A stretch of 42,272 nt of DNA from sequence record SRR22947725_833. One strand, written 5' to 3'. Positions within the stretch are counted from its first letter, which is position 1; every line of letters begins with the position of its first letter. This document shows, piece by piece, positions 1-8,751 of the stretch. The translations under genes were made by a program, and so were the position numbers. The notes under the pieces were generated by a model that saw only the letters and a list, made by a program, of their open reading frames with translations, was not told where the DNA came from and did not search any database.

Positions 1-818
1 TTGAGGCTTACAAAGTAAAACCTCATAATAACTAAACTTAAGCCATAGTATATTCCTGTTTTTAATGACATTTCTGAGTATGTTTGATTATGATTCACGT
101 GAGCATCCTTCGCTACTATTAAGCGGTAGGAATGATGTAATGGATAACTATAGATTAAATCTTCACATGCAGCCCAATTAGTAGAAAAATCAATTGGGTG
201 CTCGTGGTTTTCGATTATAGATCTTTCCCAACCAGTTGCTCCTCCAATTAGCCACTCTGTTTCTATTACTTTCAAAGTAGGGAAGTATGTTGCGGCATAA
301 CCGGCTTTACTTACACCACCTTTTTCAGAAATACCCATGTAAAATATTTTTCTATAAATTGAATCTTTAGGGATCTCTGCATCTACCACATTTAAACTCA
401 TTCCACCTAACGGAAGACCAGGCTTCGATTTTTCTAGATTCCAACATATAAGAAAATTTTCTAACGAGTCCTCGTGAAGTGTTATATCGTCATCCAAATT
501 GATAACCACCTTTATTTTTTTATCAAGGTAACTGTATGCATAATTCCTTTGCAAAACTTGACCCATGTAAGGTGACTTAAGATATATTATATTTAGATCA
601 CTTATATATTTTTCCATGATCTCTGGAGCAAAAGTTCCGCTCTCACAAACAATTATTTGAAACGGTTTTTTTGTTTGTTTCCTTAAACTATCTAGTAGGC
701 GGTCTACATTTCTATGTTGATTTTTTGTTGGACACACTATTGCAATTTCCGAGAAAAAAATTTTCGAACTTTTTGAGATTATTCTCAAATTATTTTTTTC
801 TGATTTAATTACATTCAT
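1..818 (-). CDS. Glycosyltransferase family 2 (GT-A), truncated by the left window edge
   Basis: Not in the ORF track. Manual translation from ATG at 818 gives MNVIKSEK...IAIVCPTKNQHRNVDRLLDSLRKQTKKPFQIIVCESG...QRNYA...VINLDDDI...WLIGGATGW...CEDLIYS, open to position 1, with GT2 N-terminal, DxD and ED motifs. Confidence 0.85.
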   Translation of the reverse strand, partial: MNVIKSEKNNLRIISKSSKIFFSEIAIVCPTKNQHRNVDRLLDSLRKQTKKPFQIIVCESGTFAPEIMEKYISDLNIIYLKSPYMGQVLQRNYAYSYLDKKIKVVINLDDDITLHEDSLENFLICWNLEKSKPGLPLGGMSLNVVDAEIPKDSIYRKIFYMGISEKGGVSKAGYAATYFPTLKVIETEWLIGGATGWERSIIENHEHPIDFSTNWAACEDLIYSYPLHHSYRLIVAKDAHVNHNQTYSEMSLKTGIYYGLSLVIMRFYFVSL

Positions 819-877
819 TATTTATAACAGTTTACATTGTTTTTAAATTTAAAACTTACTTTTTACTTTTCTGCAAT

Positions 878-2350
878 CTAGTGATCCATTCCCTGGACAA
901 AATCGACTATAACAGACGGCTTCAAAGGAGTATAATACTCATTAGCAAAAGTAATCGACTTTTCTTTTTCAGGATTTTTTTTCAATGCCGAACCAGAAAT
1001 ATCACATTTTATTAAATCTGCGAGTTGAGAGCTCGAATCCACAATTTTTCGATAAGTAATTGAGTTTGGCACCGGATCATTAACTTTAATACTTTCATCC
1101 CCATTGAAGTATATTGGCCTTAAACCATGAGACATACCATAAAATACAACACTTGACGCTCGGTATAGCAACCAAGTTGCACTTTCAATATCTTTCTCTA
1201 AAGGGTCTGCTGATATCAAAAAATTTTTAGGTAGACTCGTAAGTTTCGGAATATAGCGTTTTATTTTATTTATAGTTATCAAGGGATGAAGACGTAGAAC
1301 AAACTTTACCCAAGGTAAAGTTTTTGCAGTTTCAATTCCAACTTCTGCCATAATACGAACTTCATTTATATCGCCTTCTGGGATTATCAAACACAAATTG
1401 TATTTTAATTTAAAAGGTAAATCTTGATTTACTTTAACATGCTTAACACTCCCAAGCACTGCAATACACTCAGGTTTATACTCTGATTCGTTTCTAAAAA
1501 TTTGTTGCGTAGTCTTTCCCGCCATCATTATTATATCTGGGTCAGCACCATTTCCATAAGTAAAATCTATTGCCCTAGGACCAGGAAATAAAACAGCGTG
1601 GTGGTAACCAATTACCTTTATTGGTTTTGATTGGGAATGTGCGGAAAGCGCATTCATCCTCTCCCAACCATGACCCTCAAATGTTTGCACTAAAACTTTT
1701 GGATTTAACTTTAATAACATAGTATTGACTTGCTCGTGTATCCTGGCATTGGCAATGGCTCTATGGTCAAATTGAGATAAGCTTGCACATTTAAAAAACT
1801 TCCTATTTCCAAGGTTAGGTAAAGAAAATGAAGCCAAAAATAACTTCATAAATATTTTCAGCTCTTCCAGTGGGGACAAATATGCTAAGAGTATAGATGA
1901 ATCTTTATTTTTATAGTTTTTTATAGTTTTTCTTGTTGCCTTACAGTGGTTTATTAAAAGCGTATATGGTTTTAAACCATTATCTCTACAAACAGAACTA
2001 ACATTACCAAAATAAAAATCTGAACTCATCTCTAAATGCGAAACATTAGTCAGATGTGACACGAATAGAACATCACATTTCTTGGGTAAGCTTTGTTTTT
2101 TAATTGCTTTTGGCCAATAAAGAAAACTCTTTAATAATACCGCTATGGATGTAAAAAAGGTAAACCCAAGCCGCCATAATATAGATTTACTTCCGGTCAA
2201 ATCAGGGAATTCATAAGAAGTTTTTGGACTCCCGTTTAGTATGCCTAAAAAACTATTAGCAAGGTGATATTTCTTGTGAGACGCTTTTGCTGTATTAACA
2301 CCCAGAACTATATACTGGAATATTTTTTGTGAACTTTTACCACCTAACAT
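878..2350 (-). CDS. Conserved hypothetical protein, candidate GT-B ulosonic-acid or glycerophosphate-type transferase
   Basis: 490 aa ORF coupled to the kdsB-like gene. The C-terminal half has GYHHA, LRLHP and SSV elements like GT-B sialyl/Kdo/CDP-glycerol transferase-like proteins. Function is inferred from context. Confidence 0.5.
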   Translation of the reverse strand: MLGGKSSQKIFQYIVLGVNTAKASHKKYHLANSFLGILNGSPKTSYEFPDLTGSKSILWRLGFTFFTSIAVLLKSFLYWPKAIKKQSLPKKCDVLFVSHLTNVSHLEMSSDFYFGNVSSVCRDNGLKPYTLLINHCKATRKTIKNYKNKDSSILLAYLSPLEELKIFMKLFLASFSLPNLGNRKFFKCASLSQFDHRAIANARIHEQVNTMLLKLNPKVLVQTFEGHGWERMNALSAHSQSKPIKVIGYHHAVLFPGPRAIDFTYGNGADPDIIMMAGKTTQQIFRNESEYKPECIAVLGSVKHVKVNQDLPFKLKYNLCLIIPEGDINEVRIMAEVGIETAKTLPWVKFVLRLHPLITINKIKRYIPKLTSLPKNFLISADPLEKDIESATWLLYRASSVVFYGMSHGLRPIYFNGDESIKVNDPVPNSITYRKIVDSSSQLADLIKCDISGSALKKNPEKEKSITFANEYYTPLKPSVIVDFVQGMDH

Positions 2351-3135
2351 TAAGTATCTCGTACTCCAAAAGTTGTGGCCAACAGCTCTCGCTGTAATTC
2401 ATTTTTCGAAAGATACTCAATGACAACATCAGCCTCATCAGGTTGATTTACCGATGGAAGGCTGTCTGAAAAAGCTACCGAGTTCAGTAAAAAACCATTT
2501 TCTATAACTCGCATCTGTTCGATTAATTCAAAACTCTCAATATTTGAAATTGGTAACTTAACAAGATCTTTAATAAAGCTTTTTCGGTATGCAATAATCC
2601 CTAATATCTTTCGGATATACCTTTCTTGATTTATAAAATTTGCATGTGAGGGGCCGCGCCGAAAACAATACAGGATTCTATTATCCGAGCTAACAGCACA
2701 CTTGACGAATGAGTGTCTATCTATGTCTTCCTGGCTTTCAACTGGACCTGTAGCATTCCATGCGTCACTTTCAGGATTTTTGGAAATAGCATCTACAACT
2801 CTGTCAATATAGGATGGCAACAATAACGGTTCATCTCCTTGAAGGAGTATAACATGACTGCAGTCAATTTCTTGAACAGCTTCTGCAACCCGGGTAGTAC
2901 CATTTAAATGATAATTACCAGTCATTAAGACTTTACCACCATAATCACGGACAATTTTTGCAATTACCTCGTCACAAGTTGCTACAAAAACATCATCAAG
3001 TTTGGCAGACAGCATTGCTCGTCTTCGCACATGCTCTATCATTGGGTAGCCAAAAAAAGGATGTAGTATTTTTCCTGGAAACCTCACTGAGGCCATATGT
3101 GCTGGAATAACACCCACTACTTTCAAACTATTCAT
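2350..3135 (-). CDS. kdsB: CMP-Kdo synthetase-like cytidylyltransferase
   Basis: VIPAHMASVRFPGKIL, VATCDEVI, NGTTRVAEA, QGDEPLL and ELIEQMRVIENG match the KdsB family. Divergent paralogue (PAR to PAH; VDTPED to VNQPDE). Confidence 0.8.
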   Translation of the reverse strand: MNSLKVVGVIPAHMASVRFPGKILHPFFGYPMIEHVRRRAMLSAKLDDVFVATCDEVIAKIVRDYGGKVLMTGNYHLNGTTRVAEAVQEIDCSHVILLQGDEPLLLPSYIDRVVDAISKNPESDAWNATGPVESQEDIDRHSFVKCAVSSDNRILYCFRRGPSHANFINQERYIRKILGIIAYRKSFIKDLVKLPISNIESFELIEQMRVIENGFLLNSVAFSDSLPSVNQPDEADVVIEYLSKNELQRELLATTFGVRDT

Positions 3136-3890
3136 TGTGGGAACACGCCACAGTCAACATTTATACATTGACCAGTAACAGCTTTATTTTTCTCCGATGC
3201 TAAGAATAAGGCAAGTTGACCAACATCCTCTCCTGAAGGCAAAACTCCCAATGCTGAGTTAGCATCGCAGAATTTTTTTATAAAACTATCAGGCTTACCT
3301 TTAGCAGGTGAATAATCACTTTTTAGGGCCTCCATTAATCCTTCTGTTTTAATTAATACTGGGCAAAGTGCATTAACTCTAATCTTCTGTGGTCCTAATT
3401 CCTTAGCAAGTGATTGTGTTAAACCATTCATTCCAAATTTTGTAGCACAATACATAGCATTATTTGCACTACCTCTTTTACCTGCCAAGCTAGAAATATT
3501 AATTATAGAACCGCCAGTTTTTGTCATTACTTTGGCAGCTGCTTTACAGCCCCAAAAAGCCCCTTTTAAGTTAACATCCATTAGTTGATCAAAAAAACTA
3601 TCATCAATTAAATTAATAGGTTTCCAAGAAGATACCCCAGCATTATTTATCCAAACATTTAGCCCACCAGTAGAATTTATTGCTATCTCTGCTAGTTCTT
3701 GATGAGCTAACTCGTTTCTAACATCCATAGCATGAAAAATTATATCTTTTGTGGTCAAACTTTCGAGATCACCCTTGGTTCTTGCCCCAACAATAACTTT
3801 ATAGCCTGCCTCAAGAAAAGACTCTGTAATTCCTATTCCTATGCCTCGGTTTCCACCTGTTATAACCACACTATTTTTTATTTCAGACAT
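3132..3890 (-). CDS. Short-chain dehydrogenase/reductase (sorbitol-6-phosphate dehydrogenase/FabG-like)
   Basis: TGGNRGIG, NNAG and YCATK catalytic motif. Start moved to the ATG at 3890, which has a GGGAG RBS. Confidence 0.85.
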   Translation of the reverse strand: MSEIKNSVVITGGNRGIGIGITESFLEAGYKVIVGARTKGDLESLTTKDIIFHAMDVRNELAHQELAEIAINSTGGLNVWINNAGVSSWKPINLIDDSFFDQLMDVNLKGAFWGCKAAAKVMTKTGGSIINISSLAGKRGSANNAMYCATKFGMNGLTQSLAKELGPQKIRVNALCPVLIKTEGLMEALKSDYSPAKGKPDSFIKKFCDANSALGVLPSGEDVGQLALFLASEKNKAVTGQCINVDCGVFPQ

Positions 3891-3973
3891 ATTGACTCCC
3901 CTACCAATTTTCTCTGTGACTATAGAATACAATTTCTTAGATTGAACTTTAATAAGACCATTTTGTAATCCTG

Positions 3974-4756
3974 TTATATTGTCATAGCAGAAAAACCACC
4001 ATCTATGACAAGTTCAGATCCAGTTACAAACGACGACGCATTTGAAGCAAGATAAATAACACCCCCAACTAATTCCACCACTTCGCCGTAACGTTCCATA
4101 GGCGTATGCCCTAAGATCGCTTTTTCTCGTTCCTTATTAATAAAGTTCTTTCTATTCCAGTCAGTTGGAAAAAAACCAGGCCTTATAGCATTAACCCTAA
4201 CACCTTTTGTACCCCACTCTCGTCCTAAATTTTGCGTTAAATTTAAAATTCCTGCTTTTGCTATTGAGTAGCTAAACGCTTTCGATAGTGGTGGCCCTGC
4301 AGATGCTGAAGATATATTAATAATGGAGCCAGATCCTTTATGAAGCATATGCTCTCCAAACACCTGGCAACCCAATAGAGTCGATGTTACCTGAGAAGAC
4401 ATTACGGTATTAAATTCTTCAAGTTCAATTTCGAGGAAAGGGGTAGGTGAATTTATACCGGCTCCATTAATTAGGATATCTACATCCCCCAACTGATCAA
4501 CTATCGTTTCACAAGATTTTTGAAATGAAGCCTTATCAGTAGCATCGACTTGAACCGCTATTGCCTCTCCACCACTTTCTCGTTTTATTTCATCAGCAAC
4601 GAAAGAAGCTTTGTCATACCGAATATCCATCACTGCAATTTTACACCCAGCCTTTGAAAGGCCACGCGCCATCTCTCCACAAAGGTAACCACCACCACCC
4701 GTTATCGCTGCTACTTTGCCTCCAAGCCCAAATAAATTTTCAATATAAGAAACCAA
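3974..4756 (-). CDS. Short-chain dehydrogenase/reductase (gluconate 5-dehydrogenase/mannonate oxidoreductase-like)
   Basis: TGGGGYLC, INGAG, YSIAK, PGFFPT and VTGSELVIDGG. Probable TTG start at 4756 behind a GAGGT RBS that overlaps the upstream stop. Confidence 0.85.
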   Translation of the reverse strand: MVSYIENLFGLGGKVAAITGGGGYLCGEMARGLSKAGCKIAVMDIRYDKASFVADEIKRESGGEAIAVQVDATDKASFQKSCETIVDQLGDVDILINGAGINSPTPFLEIELEEFNTVMSSQVTSTLLGCQVFGEHMLHKGSGSIINISSASAGPPLSKAFSYSIAKAGILNLTQNLGREWGTKGVRVNAIRPGFFPTDWNRKNFINKEREKAILGHTPMERYGEVVELVGGVIYLASNASSFVTGSELVIDGGFSAMTI

Positions 4757-4758
4757 AA

Positions 4759-5547
4759 CTACCTCATCGAAGAAATCAAAGATTTCATATCCGCCGCCCA
4801 TTTCCACAACACGAAAAGATCTGAACCTAAAACTATCGCGGTATAACCTTGTGCAAAAGCATCATTAACAGCTTCAGTATTAACATCTGAGATCTGAGTC
4901 ATGCAACTAACTCCATTTCGGGCACATGCCTCCACAACACGCTGACACGCCTCTCTTACTTTTGGGTGGTTAGTGTCTCCCGGGAGGCCCAAAGAGCCAG
5001 ATATATCGTATGGCCCTATCATTACAGCATCAATACCATCCACCTGAAGTAATTCCTCGATATTCTCTACTCCAACAATAGATTCAACCTGAATCATACA
5101 TATACTACTCTCATTCCATGTTTTAATATATGCATCAAAGTCAAATCCATAACCATGAGCTCTATTTACTCCAAAACTTCTCTTACCAATTGGTGGAAAT
5201 TTTTGTAGATTTAAAAGTCCTTGAGCTTCTCTCTTCGTATTAACCATCTGAATAATGGTCCCATCAGCTCCCGCCTCGAGTAACGGCTTTATATAATCAT
5301 TATTATGCGAGACTGGTCGCGGCAGACAAATACTTTCTTCTCCCTGAACAGAGGTAATTATTCTATTAGCATCATCTATACTTATAGTTGTGTGTTCCAT
5401 ATCTATAGCTACAAAATCTAACCCTGCTTTCGCAAAAGTTTCTGCTATCGCCGGTTCACGATAGGAAATCCATCCACCAAAAACCCGTTCTCGTTTTCTC
5501 AGTTTTTCTTTTAATTTTTTTCTTCTTTCAAGACGTTGTTCAAACAT
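4759..5547 (-). CDS. HpcH/HpaI (GarL/RhmA-like) class II pyruvate aldolase
   Basis: FVAIDMEH, PPIGKRSFG, IQVES, MIGPYDISGSLG and GSD motifs. Confidence 0.9.
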   Translation of the reverse strand: MFEQRLERRKKLKEKLRKRERVFGGWISYREPAIAETFAKAGLDFVAIDMEHTTISIDDANRIITSVQGEESICLPRPVSHNNDYIKPLLEAGADGTIIQMVNTKREAQGLLNLQKFPPIGKRSFGVNRAHGYGFDFDAYIKTWNESSICMIQVESIVGVENIEELLQVDGIDAVMIGPYDISGSLGLPGDTNHPKVREACQRVVEACARNGVSCMTQISDVNTEAVNDAFAQGYTAIVLGSDLFVLWKWAADMKSLISSMR

Positions 5548-5968
5548 TCCTAACTCCTAAGATAGCTTCTATTGCTGGGTGAAGATGCAAAAGTCCTTCG
5601 AGATTACCATTCTGATCAATAACTGGTAAGTCCCAAATCTGTTTTAACCCCATTGTAGCTATAGCATCAGATACCGAAGTTAGTCGATTAACAGTAACCG
5701 GATTTTTAACTGCATACTCAATAACATCGTCATTAAACAGTGCTGCAAAAGGCTTTTGCACTCTTGTGAGCATCCGCCGAATATCACCATCCGTTATAAC
5801 CCCTTCAAGTTTTCCAAATCCATCAGTTATACAAATAATTCCAAGCCTTTTTTCATCCATTAGATCAAGCGCCTCCTTTAAAAGCGCTCGGTTAGAAATT
5901 CTTGGGGTGAAACTTAAATCAAGCATAACCGATGCAACATCTAAATTACTATTCTTCACGGTGGACAT
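5540..5968 (-). CDS. Stand-alone CBS-pair protein resembling the C-terminal part of KdsD/KpsF
   Basis: LEGVITDGDIRR, NPVTV and LPVIDQNGNLEGLLHLH. No SIS domain is present in the 142 aa. Confidence 0.85.
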   Translation of the reverse strand: MSTVKNSNLDVASVMLDLSFTPRISNRALLKEALDLMDEKRLGIICITDGFGKLEGVITDGDIRRMLTRVQKPFAALFNDDVIEYAVKNPVTVNRLTSVSDAIATMGLKQIWDLPVIDQNGNLEGLLHLHPAIEAILGVRNV

Positions 5969-6830
5969 TATCTTCTCCCCATTTCTCTTGAAGCTCTCTT
6001 CTCAGATCATGCATTGCCTTAGCTTGAGAAAGAACGACTTCTAAATATTTCAAGTCCAAAACAGTGTTAGCATCAGATAATGCATTAGGTGGGTCATCGT
6101 GGACCTCAACAAAAAGAGCATCAATACCACAGGCCGCAGCTGATCTTGTCAAGTGAGGAATAAACTCTCTTTGGCCTCCAGAGATATTCCCCATAGATGT
6201 TGGCATCTGAATCGAGTGGGTTGCGTCAAAACAAACAGGATAACCTGTTTCCGCCATAATTGGTAAAGCACGCATATCGTTAACCAACATGTTATACCCA
6301 AAAAATGTCCCTCTATCTGTTAACAAAATTTCTGAACTACCAAATGACTCTAGCTTACGGCACGAATTTTTCATATTCCAAGGACTCATAAATTGACCTT
6401 TTTTCAAGTGGACAGGTTTTCCAGTCTCAGCAGCCGCTCTAAGAATGGATGTCTGCCGACAGAGATACGCTGGAACTTGGATAAGATCGCAAACCTCTCC
6501 TGTCGCAGCTCCCCAGCTAGGATCTGAAAAATCTGAAGTTACAGGAATACCATGCTCACCCCTAACTTCAGAAAGAACCTTTAAACCCTCCTCAATACCT
6601 AGGCCGTGAAAGCTAGTTGGTGAAGAACGGCAATCTTTGTCATAGCAAGCCTTAAATATCCATTTCACTCCCACCTTATAGCAAACTCTTCCTATAAGTT
6701 CAGCCATTTTCATGGAATGGTCCCTACTCTCAATAGCGCAAGGTCCAGCTATTAAAACTAGATCACCATCGCTGCCTATTAAAATGCTATTTCCTTGTGG
6801 ACCATTAATAATTAATTTTTTCGCTCTCAT
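5949..6830 (-). CDS. kdsA: KDO8P synthase family protein (divergent paralogue, probably metal-dependent)
   Basis: IAGPCAIES, QVPAYLCRQT, KKGQFMSP, RGTFFGY, FDATHSIQMP, GGQREF and EVHDDPPNALSD. The KANRS motif is replaced by KDCRS. Confidence 0.92.
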   Translation of the reverse strand: MRAKKLIINGPQGNSILIGSDGDLVLIAGPCAIESRDHSMKMAELIGRVCYKVGVKWIFKACYDKDCRSSPTSFHGLGIEEGLKVLSEVRGEHGIPVTSDFSDPSWGAATGEVCDLIQVPAYLCRQTSILRAAAETGKPVHLKKGQFMSPWNMKNSCRKLESFGSSEILLTDRGTFFGYNMLVNDMRALPIMAETGYPVCFDATHSIQMPTSMGNISGGQREFIPHLTRSAAACGIDALFVEVHDDPPNALSDANTVLDLKYLEVVLSQAKAMHDLRRELQEKWGEDNVHREE

Positions 6831-6935
6831 CTAATAAATCTTTCTAAGGGCTTTGGACTATTCATAGTTAGTCTACACCCGATAAATAGTACAGTCTGTT
6901 TCAGCTTTATATTTCTCATTAAATTTTTATGTGCA

Positions 6936-8564
6936 TCACACGGCTATATCTTTTTCATCAATATTTTCCTTAACCCAACGAGTTAACTCTTCCCTGCCAA
7001 CAACCACTGGAATGTCGGCTTGCATAGGGTTTACTTTTGAAATCAAGCCAGATGGATCATAGTAGCAACATTTCTTTCCCATATTATAAGCTATTATAGC
7101 AGTTGATGTAAAAGGCATACTAATAACTAAATCAACTTTCTCAATAAGGCGGTGGGCCGAAATGCCTGGGTCTATACTAACAGTGTTTTTATACTTTTTA
7201 GAAAAGCCTTCTTCAATTTTTTTTAAGTGCTTTTCCTGTCCAGATCCCAAACGTTTTTTTCGTTTTCTTATCAACATCACGTCATAAATATTAGAGATTT
7301 CTCCTAAGTCATTAAGAAATCTTTTAAGTAAATCCTCATTAATATATTCATACAATTGAGGAGTTATTGATCTTAAATAATGACGTTTCGGTTGAATGTC
7401 AAAAGCAGCAATAGATCGTCTGGGGACCTCTATCAACTCATCATTACTATCAAAATAAGGTATATCCGAAACAATATGAATAATAGGATTATTCTTAACA
7501 AAACTTTTAACAAATCGTTTCTGGCCTTCACCCCAAACCACATAATTATCCCAGCTCATCATATTCCAATGGCTTAATTCTCTCTTCTCAGCTTCAGAAG
7601 GTTGCACAGGGGAGTTGTTAGTTGAATAAAAATATAAAAATGTTTTTATTCCGACTTCATCAAGAACATAGGTCCACATAGGTCTATATACAAAATTTTC
7701 ATGGGCAAACCAGAATTCTCTGGCTGACAAACTAGTGCCATGCATTTTAGCTATATATGCCATGCAAGACTCAGATAAGATTAGTGCAGACCACCACCGC
7801 CCCATAAACATATGGAAAAAAGAAACGACAGAAGCTTTAATACCCCAATAGACAAATAAAAACCATTTTTTTAAACTTGTAAAACGGGGAAAAATACCTG
7901 ACGTAGAGACAACTTTTAGACCATTATAAGTCACATTCGGGGAAACTTTACATTGATGACTTATTTGTTTGATATCCTTATCTCTCTCAGCCCAGTCAAC
8001 GTACCATGTAACTATATTTCTTTGACCCTTATAGTTAAGGTTCGGAATATGTGATTCTACCAAGCCGAGGAAAACGGCGGTCGGTTCCGTATCTAATATG
8101 CCTTTTCTTAATGGAAAAAATTTTATTGCACCTAATACAATAGCCTTAACACCATATAGCCAAAGTAAAACTACATATAAACCCCAACCAATATTAGAGC
8201 ATAGTCTATTAACTGGTATCCCATTATTAATTAATATTTTTTGTAAAAATGGTGGGATACAATGAATAGGTATTGAACTTCCACCAAGAGCTCCATGGAT
8301 AGACCTATGTAAGCTCACCTCTCCAATTCTCTTTATTAAATACTGACGTATAATCAAAGCGGACTTATCACTAGTCGATATAAAAAATAATTTTGATGTT
8401 TTATAACAAAACGCTTTTGGATTGTATTTAGCCATCTCCTCTTTAACTCTAAAAACCAAAGAAAGGTTATTTTGCTCCTTAAGCAATCTATACCCTCTCA
8501 TCGTACTAATTGTTCTAGTACGGTGAAACCTATAAAAAAAAAAATTAAAAAAATTAAAAAACAC
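6936..8564 (-). CDS. Polysaccharide biosynthesis PFTS-motif protein (putative transferase)
   Basis: C-terminal VISMPFTSTAIIA and YYDPSG, internal YRPMWTY and YFYSTN. The start is uncertain (GTG at 8564 directly before poly-T tracts). Confidence 0.75.
   Translation of the reverse strand: MFFNFFNFFFYRFHRTRTISTMRGYRLLKEQNNLSLVFRVKEEMAKYNPKAFCYKTSKLFFISTSDKSALIIRQYLIKRIGEVSLHRSIHGALGGSSIPIHCIPPFLQKILINNGIPVNRLCSNIGWGLYVVLLWLYGVKAIVLGAIKFFPLRKGILDTEPTAVFLGLVESHIPNLNYKGQRNIVTWYVDWAERDKDIKQISHQCKVSPNVTYNGLKVVSTSGIFPRFTSLKKWFLFVYWGIKASVVSFFHMFMGRWWSALILSESCMAYIAKMHGTSLSAREFWFAHENFVYRPMWTYVLDEVGIKTFLYFYSTNNSPVQPSEAEKRELSHWNMMSWDNYVVWGEGQKRFVKSFVKNNPIIHIVSDIPYFDSNDELIEVPRRSIAAFDIQPKRHYLRSITPQLYEYINEDLLKRFLNDLGEISNIYDVMLIRKRKKRLGSGQEKHLKKIEEGFSKKYKNTVSIDPGISAHRLIEKVDLVISMPFTSTAIIAYNMGKKCCYYDPSGLISKVNPMQADIPVVVGREELTRWVKENIDEKDIAV
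8534..8561. repeat. Clustered homopolymer tracts A11, A7 and A6 (poly-T on the coding strand)
   Basis: A11 at 8534-8544, A7 at 8547-8553 and A6 at 8556-8561, each separated by tt. Confidence 0.85.
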
Positions 8565-8751
8565 TTGTTAAAATGCCCATCTATTAAGTATAAAATCTTT
8601 CGAAATAAAAAAAGTGGCACTTATAAGAAGGTTTTGTAAATTCTTCCAAAAACTTCTTATAAGGTTAGTGCTAGTTAAATTGACTGACAAAAGATCAACA
8701 ACCAATAAAAAAAAATATTCAAGATCTGATAACCGCCCTAAAAACCTTAAA

